A stretch of 64,000 nt of DNA, taken from assembly GCF_009834535.1 (NCBI RefSeq), contig NC_045702.1, forward strand, positions 75,826,001-75,890,000. Direction: 5' to 3'. This DNA is from Camelus ferus (taxonomy: Eukaryota). Positions 48,015-60,228 of this stretch are shown one piece after another. How positions within the stretch are numbered: the stretch's first letter is position 1; each line of letters begins with the position of its first letter. Under the pieces are notes generated by a model. The model made no database searches. It was not told the origin of the DNA and saw nothing but the letters and a program-made list of their open reading frames with translations. Both the position numbers and the translations under genes were made by a program.

Positions 48015-48230
48015 CTGCCCAGTACGGGAGCCACTGGCCACATGTGCTTACTGGACACTTGATGTGTGGCTAGTCCTCCAAACTGAGGTAAGCTAATTAT
48101 CCTTTTCTTTTTTTAAGTAGTGCTAATTTGCCTTTTCTTTTTTTATAATATGATGACTAGAAAAGTTCATAAATTACACATAAGTCTCGCATTTATATTT
48201 CTCTTGGAAGGAACTGCTTTAAACACAGCA
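48015..48230. mobile_element. MER33/MER3-like hAT-Charlie element
   Basis: gctgcccagtacgggagccactggccacatgtg..tctcgcatttatatttctcttgg. Confidence 0.7.
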
Positions 48231-48259
48231 TCGTGCCAAATCCTTAGCACAGCCCGGTA

Positions 48260-48345
48260 GAGTTATGCTATTCTCATTTCTGTTTTACAGAGATAACACT
48301 CAAGCTCTGAGAGGTTAAGAAACTTGTCCAAAGACACACAGCCAG
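48260..48345 (-). mobile_element. MIR core
   Basis: gttttacagagataacactcaagctctgagaggttaagaaacttgtccaaag. Confidence 0.6.
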
Positions 48346-48399
48346 TAAGAAGGAAAAAAAGAAAGAAAGAAAAGAAAAAAAGAAACAAGGGAGCACAAG

Positions 48400-48620
48400 A
48401 ATGGCAGCAGAGAGATCTGTAAGGAGGTGAGCGATGGGGATGGCATGGCCTAGGGCAGTGGCAGGGAGACGAAGAAAAGTGAGCAGGTGCAGATGCATTC
48501 TTAGGCAGAAATACATGCCAGGGTTGTGTGTGAGGAGGGGAAAGGATGACTCCAGGCATCTGGCCTGAGGCACAGGAGCATTTGGGGTCACAGGACCAAA
48601 GTGACACTGGGAAAGAGGTG
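48400..48620 (-). mobile_element. L2 fragment
   Basis: ggcctagggcagtggcagggaga..gatgactccaggcatctggcctgag. Confidence 0.6.
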
Positions 48621-48629
48621 CAGAAATAA

Positions 48630-48800
48630 TGTTCAATCCCAACTTTTCCATTTACTGAGTGTCTTATCCGGAAGTTATGTCACCTCTCAGGACTCAGTTT
48701 CCTCAGCTGGAAAATGGAAATCATAGACCCTCTCATCACAGGGACGTTATAAAGAAGAAAACAGAATGATGAATATGGAAGTGGTGCCTAGGTGTTTGTT
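48630..48800 (+). mobile_element. MIR SINE
   Basis: actcagtttcctcagctggaaaatgg. Confidence 0.6.
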
Positions 48801-49479
48801 GGTTAGTTGTTTAAAAAGAGAGAGAGAGATGTTTCAGAACCTGAAACAGTCCTGTCCTCCACTCTCCTGTCATTTCCCAGGCTGCTCAGTCAATGATTAG
48901 CTCCTGGACCACCTCCCCAGGGAAGTACATCAAAGAGAGCACAAGTGGAGTGGCTTCTCCCCCTCCAGGAAGGCTGCCTAAGTAGGGTCACAGCCCCTTT
49001 CTCACGGGAGGAGCAGGGCCAGGGCCACAGAGCAAACAAACTCACAATGTCAGGTCAGCCCCAGGGCAGAGATCTGAGAGGCAGCTCCTTTTCTCCCCTG
49101 GGATTCCTTGTGCAGATGTAGAGCCACACACCTCCAGAGGCAAACTCACCCTCCTCTCAGAGAGTATCTTTGCTGTTTCAGGACGGAACCCTCCCAATCC
49201 TGCCCAGTGCCATTATCTTCGATGAGAATGGCCCCCTCTGGGGTTGTGTGGCAAGACTTCCACGAATCGAAGCCAATTGCTGGCTGCCTCAGCTAGTCCT
49301 ACAAAGCCCAGGCAGATCTGAGACACGTGTGAAGGGTGCTTTGAGAGCTCTCTCCATCCATTCTGTAACCCCAGGCAGGAGCATTTCCCGAGTCCTGCTC
49401 TTCCTTACATACTGCAGTGGCAGATGGAGGAGATCTGAATTGAATGCGGGGCCCTTCCACCATCCTGCCCTGGCCTCCA

Positions 49480-49605
49480 CCCTGACCTTGGTACACTGAG
49501 TTGACGTTTCTTGCTGTCACTCCCATTAGACTGGGCAGGGTAACCTCTACTCTCGTCTGGTGTGTGGTGCTTAGTAAATGTTTGTTGAATGAACAATGAA
49601 TAAGT
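49480..49605 (+). mobile_element. L2 3' terminus
   Basis: gtgcttagtaaatgtttgttgaatgaacaatgaa. Confidence 0.6.
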
Positions 49606-50039
49606 CCATCTCTGCCAATAATCATTTCCCACGGAGATAGTTATATTATAATGGCAGGTTCTTTAAAACCAAGACTTTAAGAGCCAAAAGACTGACCACT
49701 CTACTAATGGCATACCCACTGTGACCTCAAGGAAAAGGAGCCTTTACAATCCTTCTCACATTTTACCAAGTAGGCAACAGCCTACTGCTCCCTGGGCTTC
49801 AGGTGGGCTGGATGGGGCTTTTGGAGGCACTCTTCAGCTGTGGTCCCGGCAGAATTCTCTGTGACAAGGCTGGCTTTTCTAATGTCTCCGCCCAACTTCA
49901 GTATCTAGGCCTGGGTTATCTGGGCCATACTTCCCACACCTTCAGAAGGGCCCTCCCCTCCTGACTAATCGTCACCATGGGGCTTTTCTAGGTCTCCTAG
50001 CTCTGACTGTGAACACCATCATTTCTCAGCTGAGCAGTG

Positions 50040-50275
50040 TCTAGCTGAGCATTCGCCTCTGGTGTAAAATTTAAGGGGGCACCAAAAAACTCGGTAATTA
50101 AGATAAACAATATTTTGATTTAATCTTTTTTTAAAAATTAAAACTAATGCAAAATAACCCATGATGAACAAAATACCAAAAAAATATTAAAGATTACGTT
50201 AAAATATTATTTATCTTGATTGCGGAGTTTTTTGGCGCCCCCTTAAATTGTGCACTGAGGGGAGCACCTCAGTTT
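50040..50275. mobile_element. MER96B-like hAT-Tip100 palindromic MITE
   Basis: arm aaatttaagggggcaccaaaaaactcggtaattaagataaacaatattt pairs with aaatattatttatcttgattgcggagttttttggcgcccccttaaatt. Confidence 0.8.
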
Positions 50276-51599
50276 CTGTCTGTGTGGAGTGGCCATTGCT
50301 ATCCTCAGCTCCTGGCTCTCACTGCTGCTGGCCTTAGCTCAGACTTCAACTCGTGAGAACCTGCTTGAAGGAAGTTGGTGGGATGGTGATTGGTCTGGGG
50401 CCCTTTTACCTCTTTCAGAAAGCCATGTAAACAGATAGGCAGGGGGCCAAGTCTATTGTTCCAGAGTTTCCACAGGCTTGAATGGCCCTGGCGCTCTGCG
50501 GTCTGGTGATCAGAGGTGTAGAGGTTTCCGAACAATCCCAGGCCTTTGATATGGTTGCCAACACCCGCATTTTTCATTCTGGGAACAGTGCCACCAAGGA
50601 CGAAGCCACCCTCCCTGCCTGAGTGAGGAGGTGTCTGCTGGTGGCGGGAGGGAGGGCAAGGGTCAGGAGGACGAGGAGCCTTTCTTATGCTGGCTGCCTG
50701 TCCTTTTCCCTCTGGTACACACTGACCTCTCCACCCCTCTGCACTTTCAAAACCTGTACTTTTCTTATCTCTCTGACCCCCTTGGCCAAAGCAAACATAC
50801 ATCTCTGTTCCTCCCTCTGGAGGAGCTGTCCAGGCACTTTACAGCATGTAAAGATTTCCCTTTGCTGGTTCAGAACTTGGCCCTGGCTCTGTTCTTATGT
50901 CCTGACCCCACTGCAGTTTCTTTTTTCAAAAAATACTAAAGAGAGTGAGTTATCTCATTACAGAAGCAGGGAAGACAGACCCTCAGGTTCCCCTAATGAT
51001 GCCTTTAGAACTCTCTTCTGAAGAACTGGGGCATCAGATTCATCGAAAAAGTCCACTGGCGGGAGGCACCACGTGGGGATGCCCCCTAGAAGAGAGGAAA
51101 TCTGGGCTAATTTGACTGCTGTTTTGGAAGAATGCAGGTGAACGAAAGGTAGTTTCCACTATGCAAAATGTTTTTTTCCACTTCCTGTTCTCTGCTATTT
51201 TACTTTGTTCCGGTGTTAAACCACGGAGTTTCAGAATCAGATGAAACTTACAATGCAGACCTGCCACAAGGTCTCCATCAACCCCATAACCGGGTGAGTC
51301 AACTAGATTTCACGATGCCAATCAAAGGACAGACTTTTGCAAGAGTTAGGCAGAACTCACGGTTCTGAATCAGGCTCTTAGTAGGAAGCCTGGATCTCTT
51401 GACATTTTTCTTCCTAATGCTGGCCTGATGGAGACGTGCACTTTTTCTTGGAAAGTATCTGCGTATTTTCACTTCAGCCCCCCACAACTCCCCAGGAATG
51501 ACTAGGGGGTTTCTTTCGCTGTCATCTGGCCCTTGTGAGGAAACCAGGAAATGCAGCGGGGCTGCCAGGCCTGGGAGAGCCCCTGCAACCGCAGCCTGA

Positions 51600-51840
51600 C
51601 AGCAGAGCACGCTCGCAGAACCGGAAGTGTGGGCGTGTTATGTTGCTGCGCAACCAAAGGCACCGAAGCAGCAAACCTCAGAAGGCAGAGCCCATTAAAC
51701 TAGGGGGAGTTTCAAGCATTTTGTGTCCCCAGAGACCGGGCCTAGCTCCATCAAGGGAAAAGTCAGCATCCAGAAGTCCTCAGTGACGCAGAGGAAGCCA
51801 GGGGAAACAGTCAATGGTCAGTCACCACTGACTCACAGTC
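51600..51840. promoter_or_regulatory. Candidate promoter/enhancer motif cluster
   Basis: ACCGGAAGTG (ETS), GGGCGTG (KLF/SP), GTTGC-N3-GCAAC (X-box-like), TGACG, TGACTCA (AP-1) in unique sequence. Confidence 0.45.
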
Positions 51841-52809
51841 TCAGAACGTTAGAGCAGGAACGAGCTGCGACAGTTCTGACCCCTCGCATTGCTGATAAAG
51901 GAACCAGAAGCAGGAAAGTACTTGATCAGGGTCCCACTGCCAGAGTCAGGGCCAGCACCACCGTCCTTATGGCCTTAGGTTTGCACAGCTTTGACAGTTT
52001 GCAAACTCTCTCACCTGCTTTCATGGCATTTGATCCTGAATGAAGATCAGATATTTATCTTTCAAAGGAGAGGCCAAATGAGGACTGCTTTGTTTCCTCA
52101 TCTAAGAGAAGAGTCTGTTTCTAAGGGAAGCCTTATTAGGATTAATAAATTTGGGGCATTAACAGTTTTGGAATTCAAGAGGATATAATAAAGGACACCC
52201 CTAATCCCTTACAAAGCTCTGGGTAATTAAGGGATGGACCTGATGAAATCAGGCAAATGGGATCAAAATATCAACTTCATCACTGAAAGGTTTTATGCTG
52301 GAGTCAGTGGTTTATATGTGTGGATAAGTGAATCCAGAATTAAGCAGGGTACCTGCACAGGCTAGGACAGGCCTCCCAGCTGGGAGTGTCCCTGTAAACC
52401 ACACATCATGGGAGAAGAGAGCCAACAGCAACTCTGGAGGAGGCCTGCTGCCGAGAGAAACAAGAGAGAGGCTGAGCTCTGCATTCGGGGCTCCTACCCC
52501 CAGACTCACTACTGAGAAGCTGCTTCCTCCTCCTCCCAGCCTCCTGTCCCTCCCCACTCCCTGGGAGGAGTGAGTGGAGAAAAAGGGAGAGGTCAGAAAT
52601 CTTACACCAGAAGAGCTTCCTCCATGCGGAAGGAAACGTCAAGGGTGAGGAAGAAATTTTTTTCCACCCTAATGAATATGTGTAAACACTTAGTACTTGG
52701 TACAATTGTAAGTGCTCAATGAAAGTTAGCTGTTACTGTTCTTATTCTGGCTGTAGCCTATTAGTCATACCAGAGACTGCCTCACCTTCACCAGTGTGGC
52801 TTCTCTAAT

Positions 52810-53000
52810 TGGGTCTGCCCTTAGATGTGGGACCTCAGGCATGGTACTTAATGTCCCTGAGTTTCAGTGTCCTCCTCTATAATAATAATAGTAACTACCC
52901 TATAACTAGGGGAAGTACATGATTTAAGTGGAAAAAACTTAGCCTGATGCCTGGAACATAGTAAATATTCAATGAATGGTGACTATTGTCATTATAAATA
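52810..53000 (+). mobile_element. MIR SINE
   Basis: ctgagtttcagtgtcctcctctataataataatagtaactacc..gcctggaacatagtaaatattcaat. Confidence 0.7.
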
Positions 53001-53009
53001 GAACCTAGG

Positions 53010-53149
53010 GTGGGGGGAGGCTGTAGCTCAGTGGTAGAGTGCATACTTAGCATGCACGAGGTCCTGGGTTCAATCCCCAGTACCTCTTCCAAATATAAAT
53101 AAATAAACCCAATTACCTCCCCCTCATAAAACAAAACAAACAAACAAAA
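53010..53149 (+). mobile_element. Camelid Vic-1-type tRNA-Ala-derived SINE, long form
   Basis: A box TAGCTCAGTGG, B box GGTTCAATCC, A-rich tail, exact 10-bp TSD AGAACCTAGG (53000-53009, 53150-53159). Confidence 0.92.
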
Positions 53150-54039
53150 AGAACCTAGGATTTCTGAGCAAAATAAATGCAAAATTAAGGCTGAGACATG
53201 ATTGATTTGGAAGAGGCATGTAAGAGGAAGGCTGGCTACTATCCACTCTAATTAGAGCAGTTGCTTCCATTGGATCTACCGTCTGGACACCTGAGAGTGT
53301 AGCCCTGGAAGCACTGCCAAACTCTTTGGGCCTTTTCCCATCACTTTCTATTCACGAAGGAGAAACTCTCAGTCTGGTGTTTAGCTTGGGAAGATGATGA
53401 CATTCTTGAAGCTGTGAGCTCTTTGGGAAAGGATAACTAAGTGCTGTTTTATGAATGGACCCAAATGGCTTGAGCCAGTCACAGAATCTAAGGGCCACTG
53501 TCTGAGCTCCAGGATAGACTCTGAAATTGTCATATTCACTGCTTTGTCTTTAGCACCTAGCATGGCGTCTCACATAGAGCACAAATTTACTAAATATTTG
53601 CTGAATAAGTAGGTGAACCGGCAGGTTGCTCTCCACATCAGTGATCAAGAGATGGTGCCTGAGATGTGCTCTGACGCCTCATCTAGGTCTAAAAAATGCT
53701 GAACCGGAAGCATTTGTACAATCCCTGATATTGGCCTTGCTGAGGGGAGGGGGCAGGGAGAGGGGGAGGACTAGGTTGCTGAATAATAAGTAACCCACAG
53801 AACTGTAGATTGCTGGGTTTTTTCTTCAAAAGCCCAATGGGTGTTATTTTGAACATAGGAGCTTGAGATATTCATGTTAAAGATTTCCTGTGCAAAAGGA
53901 GATAAGAAAGAGTGACAGATGGAATTTTAACCATCAGGCTACACTATAGCAGTAGCCCATTCTGAGGCAGGGATAGATGTAGGGTGGTGTCAGGTTTAAT
54001 CAGATTTTATCCTAAAATCTCAGACACTCAAAGAAGCTA

Positions 54040-54750
54040 CAAGTACACTTTATATAATAGCAAAAGACTGGAAACAGCACAGATAGCCATCTGTAAGGGA
54101 CATCTACACAGTGGAATATTGTGCAGGTAAAAAGGATAAGCGAGTCTGTGTATTAACATGATCTCTGGAGTATATTATTAAGTGAAAAAAAGCAAGATTC
54201 ACAGCAGTGTGTAGAATATGCTACTGTTATCTCAGAAGGGGAAATACAACTCCTTATGTGTATTTGCCTTTTTTAAAGGGAAATATAAACCAAACACTAG
54301 TAGAACTGCTTATCTGTAAGGAGAGGGGGCATAGAGTGAAGAGGGGAGAAATAGACTTGAGACTTGACTTCTCTCAATGTACTTTATTTTGTAGATTTGA
54401 CTTGAACCATCTCTATGTTTTAAATAATTGTAAAACAAAATTTAATAAAGATGGGTTAAAAAAGATATTCCTAAAGTTTGAGAGCACGTGAAACAAATAA
54501 ATCTAATTGATTTATTAGTCATTTGAATCTATTGAATTAGCACCAACTATACAGAAAAGAATGATTTCTAATAACTTTATTGTACAGTAAACTGACTCTG
54601 TCCCTACTATGATATATCCTTTTCCTTTTTTTTTTTTTTTTTGATAGAGGTACTGAGGATTGAACCCAGGATCTCGTGCATGCTAAGCATGCGCTCTACC
54701 ACTGAGCTTTACCCTCCCCCCAGCTAATGATATATCTTGAAAAGAAAAAG
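54040..54750 (+). mobile_element. Old L1M 3' fragment interrupted by a SINE
   Basis: atagcaaaagactggaaacag; atattattaagtgaaaaaaagcaag. Confidence 0.6.
54621..54726 (-). mobile_element. Vic-1-type SINE, short form (tRNA head plus poly-A)
   Basis: T tail then gaggtactgaggattgaacccagg..ctaccactgagct; TSD ATGATATATC (54609-54618, 54727-54736). Confidence 0.92.
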
Positions 54751-54755
54751 AACTG

Positions 54756-55128
54756 TGTATTAGTTTGCTAGGGCTGCTGTAACCAAGTACCACAGGCTGG
54801 CTAGTTTATACAACAGAAATTTATTTGCTTACAATTCTGGAAGCTGGAAGTCCCAGATCAAGGAGTTGGCATGGCTGGTTTCTTCTGAGGTTCCTCTCCT
54901 TGGTGTGTAGATAGATGGCTGTCTTCTTCCTGGGTCTTCACAAGGTCTTCTGTGCATGGCTCTGTCTTAATCCGCTCTTCTTATCACCACACCAACCATT
55001 AGGATTAGGACCCACCCTAATGACCTCACTCACTTAATTACCCCTTTGAAGACCCTATCTCCAAATACAGTCCCATTCTGAGGTACTTCAACATATTAAT
55101 TTGGAGGGACACAGTTCTGCCCCTAACA
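54756..55128 (-). mobile_element. MLT1A/B-like MaLR LTR
   Basis: tgtattagtttgctagggctgctgtaaccaagtaccaca..ccctatctccaaatacagtc. Confidence 0.88.
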
Positions 55129-55199
55129 AAATGTAAAGAAATGTAAGACTGTATTCCATGTTGCAGTAGTAATATTGGTGTGGGAGTGTGTGTCTAGTT

Positions 55200-55365
55200 T
55201 GAGTTTTAGCCCCAGCTAAAGCCCCAGACACCATGAAGCAGAGATAAGCCATACCTGTTTTCCACCCCAAATTCCTGACCCATAAAATCATAAGCAAAAT
55301 TAAAAAGTTATTTAAGCTTCTGAGTTAAGGGGTAATTTGCTATGCAACAATAGTAGCCAAAACAG
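55200..55365 (+). mobile_element. MLT1 LTR 3' part
   Basis: aaattcctgacccataaaatc..ggggtaatttgctatgcaacaatag. Confidence 0.55.
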
Positions 55366-55429
55366 AAGCATTTTTGTCCCCTCCCCCTACCAAAAAAGCA
55401 ACTGGTCGGGGAGGGCTGAGTCTTTTCAA

Positions 55430-56240
55430 GCTGTCAATATAATTCTGCCCACCAGTTTGCAAGATTAAGGAACATGTTAGGGGAGCATAATGCCACAGAA
55501 ATACAGTCAGAAAAGTCCAGAATGTGGGGATACATGCAGGACAAACAGTCTGGCTTTTTCAACAACAACAAAAAATAGCAAGAAGAGAAAAAAAAAGGGG
55601 AATTTGTAGGTTAAAAACCATGATACACCAACCATGCAAACTCAACATGTGGGCTTTGGGTCCTGATTCAGGCAGACCAAAACCAAAACATTATTCGTGA
55701 TACAATTGTGAGCATTTGAATACTGACTGGATAATTGATGGTATTAAAATTATGGTTAAGCTTTTCAAGCTTGAGAATGTTACTATGGTTATGTTGTATT
55801 TGTTTTCTTTTGTTTTAAGGGTCTTTATCATAAAGGGATAGAAGCTAAAGAATGTGAATGAAATGAGGTAATGTGTGTGGTTTTGTTTTGGGGGGGTTTT
55901 ATTTCTCTTTTGGGGGGGCAGAGATCAGTAGGTTTATTTACATATTCATTCATTTACTTATTTATTTTTAGAGGAGGTACTGGGGATCAAACCCCGGACC
56001 TTGTGCATGCTAAGCATGCACTCTACCACTGAGCTATACACCCCCTCTGTTTTGGAGGGTTTTTTTTGCCAAAATAATCATGTGTGTTGTGGAAGTTGGG
56101 GGAAATGGAGTGGAGGGATATAGGTAAAATGTGATTGGTCATGGATTGATCATTTTTCAAGCAGAGTGATGAGTGCACAGGAGTTCATTTTACTGTTTCC
56201 TCTAATTTTGTGTTTGAAAATGTCCATAATAAAAGGGGGT
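55430..56240 (+). mobile_element. Old L1M (MC/ME) 3' end interrupted by a SINE
   Basis: catttgaatactgactggata..gatggtatta; gtgcacaggagttcattttact. Confidence 0.6.
55896..56047 (-). mobile_element. Vic-1-type SINE, long form
   Basis: gaggtactggggatcaaacccc..catgctaagcatgcactctaccactgagcta; TSD TGTTTTGG(G/A)GGG. Confidence 0.9.
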
Positions 56241-56309
56241 TGTTGTTGCTGTTAGTTTTGTTTGTTTTTGAGCAGAAAACTTTATCCTTCAAATATTTGA
56301 AGGTATAAT

Positions 56310-56520
56310 TCACTTAACAAGCATTTCATTCAACGTGAATTGAGCACTTACTGTGTGTCGGCCGGGCACTAAGCTAAACTCTGAGGGTACGGAAATAGAT
56401 GAGTCATGGTACTGCCTCCTTGAAGCTCGTGGTCTAGTGGCAAAGAAAGCATGTGTACAAATGAAGTACAAGGAGAAAAAAACATGCTAAGAGCTGCAAA
56501 AAGGAATAGGCTGTCCATCT
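56310..56520 (-). mobile_element. L2 3' fragment
   Basis: tcattcaacgtgaattgagcacttactgtgtg. Confidence 0.6.
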
Positions 56521-56757
56521 AGGACGAAGTTTCAACAAAGAGTTTGTCTTTGCAGAATCCATTCCCACCACCCCACTATGACTTCAATGCTTTACTCAGC
56601 ATTTACACTCGAGCCTCCCAGGGTGTAGCATAATTAGGTTCGGTTGTGTGTAGGAAACATGACCTCAAACTATTTGAAACACTCCAAGTGTTATGATATG
56701 ACTGCAGCTTTCCCAGCATTATAGAGGCTGGCCAGCTTCCTGCATCCACTTCAGGCT

Positions 56758-57110
56758 TGTCCTCATCAGCTTGAGCTGCCGCAGCAAGATGGCATTGACA
56801 GGACGGCTTAAACAACAGACATTTATTTCTCACTGGAGTGGAGGCTGGAAGCCCGAGATCAAGGTGTCAGCAGATTCAGTTCCTGCTGACCCTCCCTTCC
56901 TCGCTTGAAAATAGCAGCCTTCTGGCTGTGTCCCCACATGGGAAGAGACTGAGTGCCTGGGTGTCTCGTCTCTAACCCCATCATGAGGGCCCTAGTCTCA
57001 TGCTTTCACCTAAAACTAATTGCCTCCTACAGGCCCCATCTACAGATACCATCACATGGGGGTTAGGGCTTCAACATGGGAATTTCAGGGGGACACAATC
57101 AGTCCATAGC
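56758..57110 (-). mobile_element. MLT1A-like MaLR LTR
   Basis: ggcttaaacaacagacatttatttctc..gagatcaaggtgtcagcag..cagtccatagca. Confidence 0.85.
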
Positions 57111-57119
57111 AAAGGTCTA

Positions 57120-57310
57120 CTTCAGTGTATTTTCAAGGTAAGGTCCACAAGCCAACTGTATCAGAATCACCTGTTGAGCTTTTAAAAAATATTCATTATC
57201 AGAAACCTTACCCCAAATTCAACAGGTCTGAGCTGGGTCCTGGAATCTGACTTTTTAAAATAGCTTCCTGGTCACTGTCTTGAGCATTTGGGTGAGAACC
57301 ACTGGCTGAG
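57120..57310. mobile_element. MER5A-like DNA transposon
   Basis: tcagaatcacctg..tgagaaccactgg. Confidence 0.6.
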
Positions 57311-57411
57311 AAAGGGTCAGTCCATTAGGGAGTGGCCACACCTGGGGGAGGGGCAACTTAAACATTAAATTTCATAAGGTCAGTATTTCCATCCCCCAAT
57401 TTCTACTTTCT

Positions 57412-57923
57412 TATTTTTTTTAATTGAAGTATAGTCTATTTACAGTGTTGTGTTAGTTTCTGGTATACAGCATAGTGATTCGGTTATACATATATATTCC
57501 TTTTCATATTCTTTTTCATTATAGGCTATTACAAGATATTTAACATAGTTCCCTGTGCTATACAGTAGATCCTTGTTGTTTATCTGTTTTATATATAGTA
57601 GTTAGTATCTGCAAATCCAAAACTCCTAATTTATCCCTCCTCACTCCTTTTCCCCTCTGGTAACCATAAGTTTGTTTTCTATGTCTATGAGTCTGTTTCT
57701 GTTTTGTAAATAAGTTCATTTTTTTAGATTCTACATATAAATGATATCATGTGGTATTTTCTTTCCTCTTTCTGGCTTAGTTCACTTAGAATGACAATCT
57801 CTAGGTCATCCATGTTGCTGCAAATGACATTAGTTCATTCTTTTTCATGGCTGAGTGGTATTCCACTGTATAAATATACTACAACTTCTTTATCCAGTCA
57901 TCTGTTGACAGACATTTAGGCTT
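57412..57923 (-). mobile_element. 5'-truncated camelid-type L1 with 18-bp TSD
   Basis: flanks CCCCAATTTCTACTTTCT (57394-57411) and CCCCAACTTCTACTTTCT (57924-57941); T tail plus attgaagtatagtc. Confidence 0.92.
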
Positions 57924-59949
57924 CCCCAACTTCTACTTTCTAACTTTGATTTTGGATTTGTCTTGCTTTTCTTTTGCTTCTGTAGTTCAACTGTTTACTG
58001 ACAAACTTTCTCACTCTGGATCCCGGCATCCAAACTTCTCTCCTGTGTAGATGCTAATTCTTCTACTTGACCCAATCTCCCACTTCTGAACATATTCACT
58101 ATTTTGTACTCATCTAAGTTAATCCAACTTATATCTGCAGCATGAAGTTTTTTTTTTCCTTTCCGGAATAAGAAAACACTTCTTCAACAAAGGACTTTAG
58201 TATTTTCTTTCCTTATCTTTCACATTTATTTAACACCTTTGCAAGGGCCACCCAAGAAGATGTAAATTTTCTAGACTGTTTCAAGGGGTTACATATATAA
58301 TTTATTAGAATATAAATTCCTTATAAAACTGTGACTTTGCTTTACTTCACTTTAAAATGTGCAAAACATTTCATGGGATTAAAAACACTTTTGGGTCTTG
58401 GGATGGGTTTTAAGATGCTACAATTAACTATTGATTAGTTGCAAGCTGATTTTTTTAATTTGTTAAAAATTTTGCTTCTTTCCCCTTATCTCATCCTTGC
58501 CTGCATATGCATGGCTTCCCGGCTTCAAACCACCAACCAAAAATGGTAGAGTGCCCTGTCCCCTGTGTGCAAGGCACAGTGAATGACAGCAGAAAAGGAA
58601 AATACACATTCCCTACCTTCAAGATTAAAATGCAGATGGAGAGATAAGAAATCACGAGGGATTATAAAAATAGTCTAAGGCAGTTTATACAGTAATGACC
58701 ATGTTCCAAGTTTTTCCTTTTTTAGAATGTGTTAGTCTGCCAGCTTAATTGACTAGATAATCTGAGTGATTTGTTTTCTTCATTCCTCCGACCAAGTGTG
58801 GGTTATCAGGGGAGGCAATCTGGCATTTTCTCAGGGGCCTATGAAATCACCTGAGCTTTGTATAAATTGGCAGGAAAGAGGAAGCAGCCATGGTCTTCTG
58901 TGGCTGAAACTTTTGCACATAGCTTAGGCATCATTGGAGTTCTTTGCTGAGAGGATTTGACTTCCAGGCAGCACTTGGAACAAGCAGCCGTCAGAAACAT
59001 TCTCCACCCTCCTCCCCTTTCTTGCTCACTTCAGTCATTGCTGTTATATAAACTCACTCATTCTTTCCCTTCAAGCTCAAGCTTGCTCATCCGGGCAGTA
59101 CCTTTTTCCGTGGGCCAGCCTTCTGTAACCTCTACTGCTGTGAAGTCTACAGGGAGCTTTGTCACGAACACAGGTCCTTGATTCACCTTGTGTACTGGCC
59201 AAAGGATCCTTAAACTCTAATGCTTAAGAACTCATATTTCTTTTTAAGCAACATTTTATAATTCTCAGACTCTGAGAAAGGAAAACCATACCCAAGGGCC
59301 CAGAGAGAGAGAGGCGATTTGAGAGCTGGCTACTGAGTTTTTCCTTTGTTTTAAATAGCTGGCTGTTCTCACTGTTTCAAAGCAGTGACTTCAGTTCTCA
59401 GCACTTCCTACTTGTAACCTGCCAAATGCACAACATTGTAGGACAGCAAGGTCTGGATCTTTGGTCCTGGAGTCAAGCTCTGATACTGTGCACATTTGAT
59501 TTTATACTCTCTGCACCCCTCTCTTATTCAGTCAGGACATAGAAATAAAATAAAATGCCTGTTTCATATTTACCGAATCCCCCTTGGGAAGAGAATTCCA
59601 AGTGGTAAACGAGTTAATTTCCCAAGCAGGACATCTTAAAGGATGCAGCTGGACCCCAGGAAATCTGCCACCTGGCCGGCCAGACAGAACTGTTCAATGG
59701 GGTCTTCATTTGATCACAAGTGCCTTGTCCACCAAACACCTCTTGAGACCCTTTTGACTAAGTCAAATTTGCGTGGAATCCAGGATTTCTGTCTGCTTAG
59801 TGCTGCTAGGAACCCAGAATTTCTGAGTCTCTTCCTGCTTGGATACTTGTTTATCTACTACATTAAGATGAGCAACATGGGAAGTGAATACTTGGCCTGG
59901 CTATCTTGTTGTCATGGCAAGATCTTTTCAACCTTTATAAAAATCAGTC

Positions 59950-60228
59950 AGAGCCACATATCATATGATTCTTCTTATAAGAAACATCCAGAAAAAGTAA
60001 ACCCATAGATACAGAAAGGAGATTAGTGGCTGCCTAGGGTCTGGGGAGTTTGAGGGGAAATCGGAGTAGCTGTTTATGGGTATGGAGTTTCTCGGGAGGG
60101 TGATGAAATGTTCCAAAATTCTTTGTGGTGAGGTTTGCACAATTCTGTAAATATACTAAAAACCATTGAGTCATACATTTTAAGTGGGTGAACAGTTTGC
60201 AATGCGAATTATATCTCAATAAAACAGT
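59950..60228 (+). mobile_element. L1MB-type 3' end
   Basis: gatacagaaaggagattagtggctgcctaggg..gaattatatctcaataaa. Confidence 0.8.

Noticed and set aside
53010-53090. tRNA-Ala-like sequences (also ~54645-54720, ~55975-56045, ~62045-62115)
   Set aside because: SINE heads with A-rich tails and TSDs, not tRNA genes.
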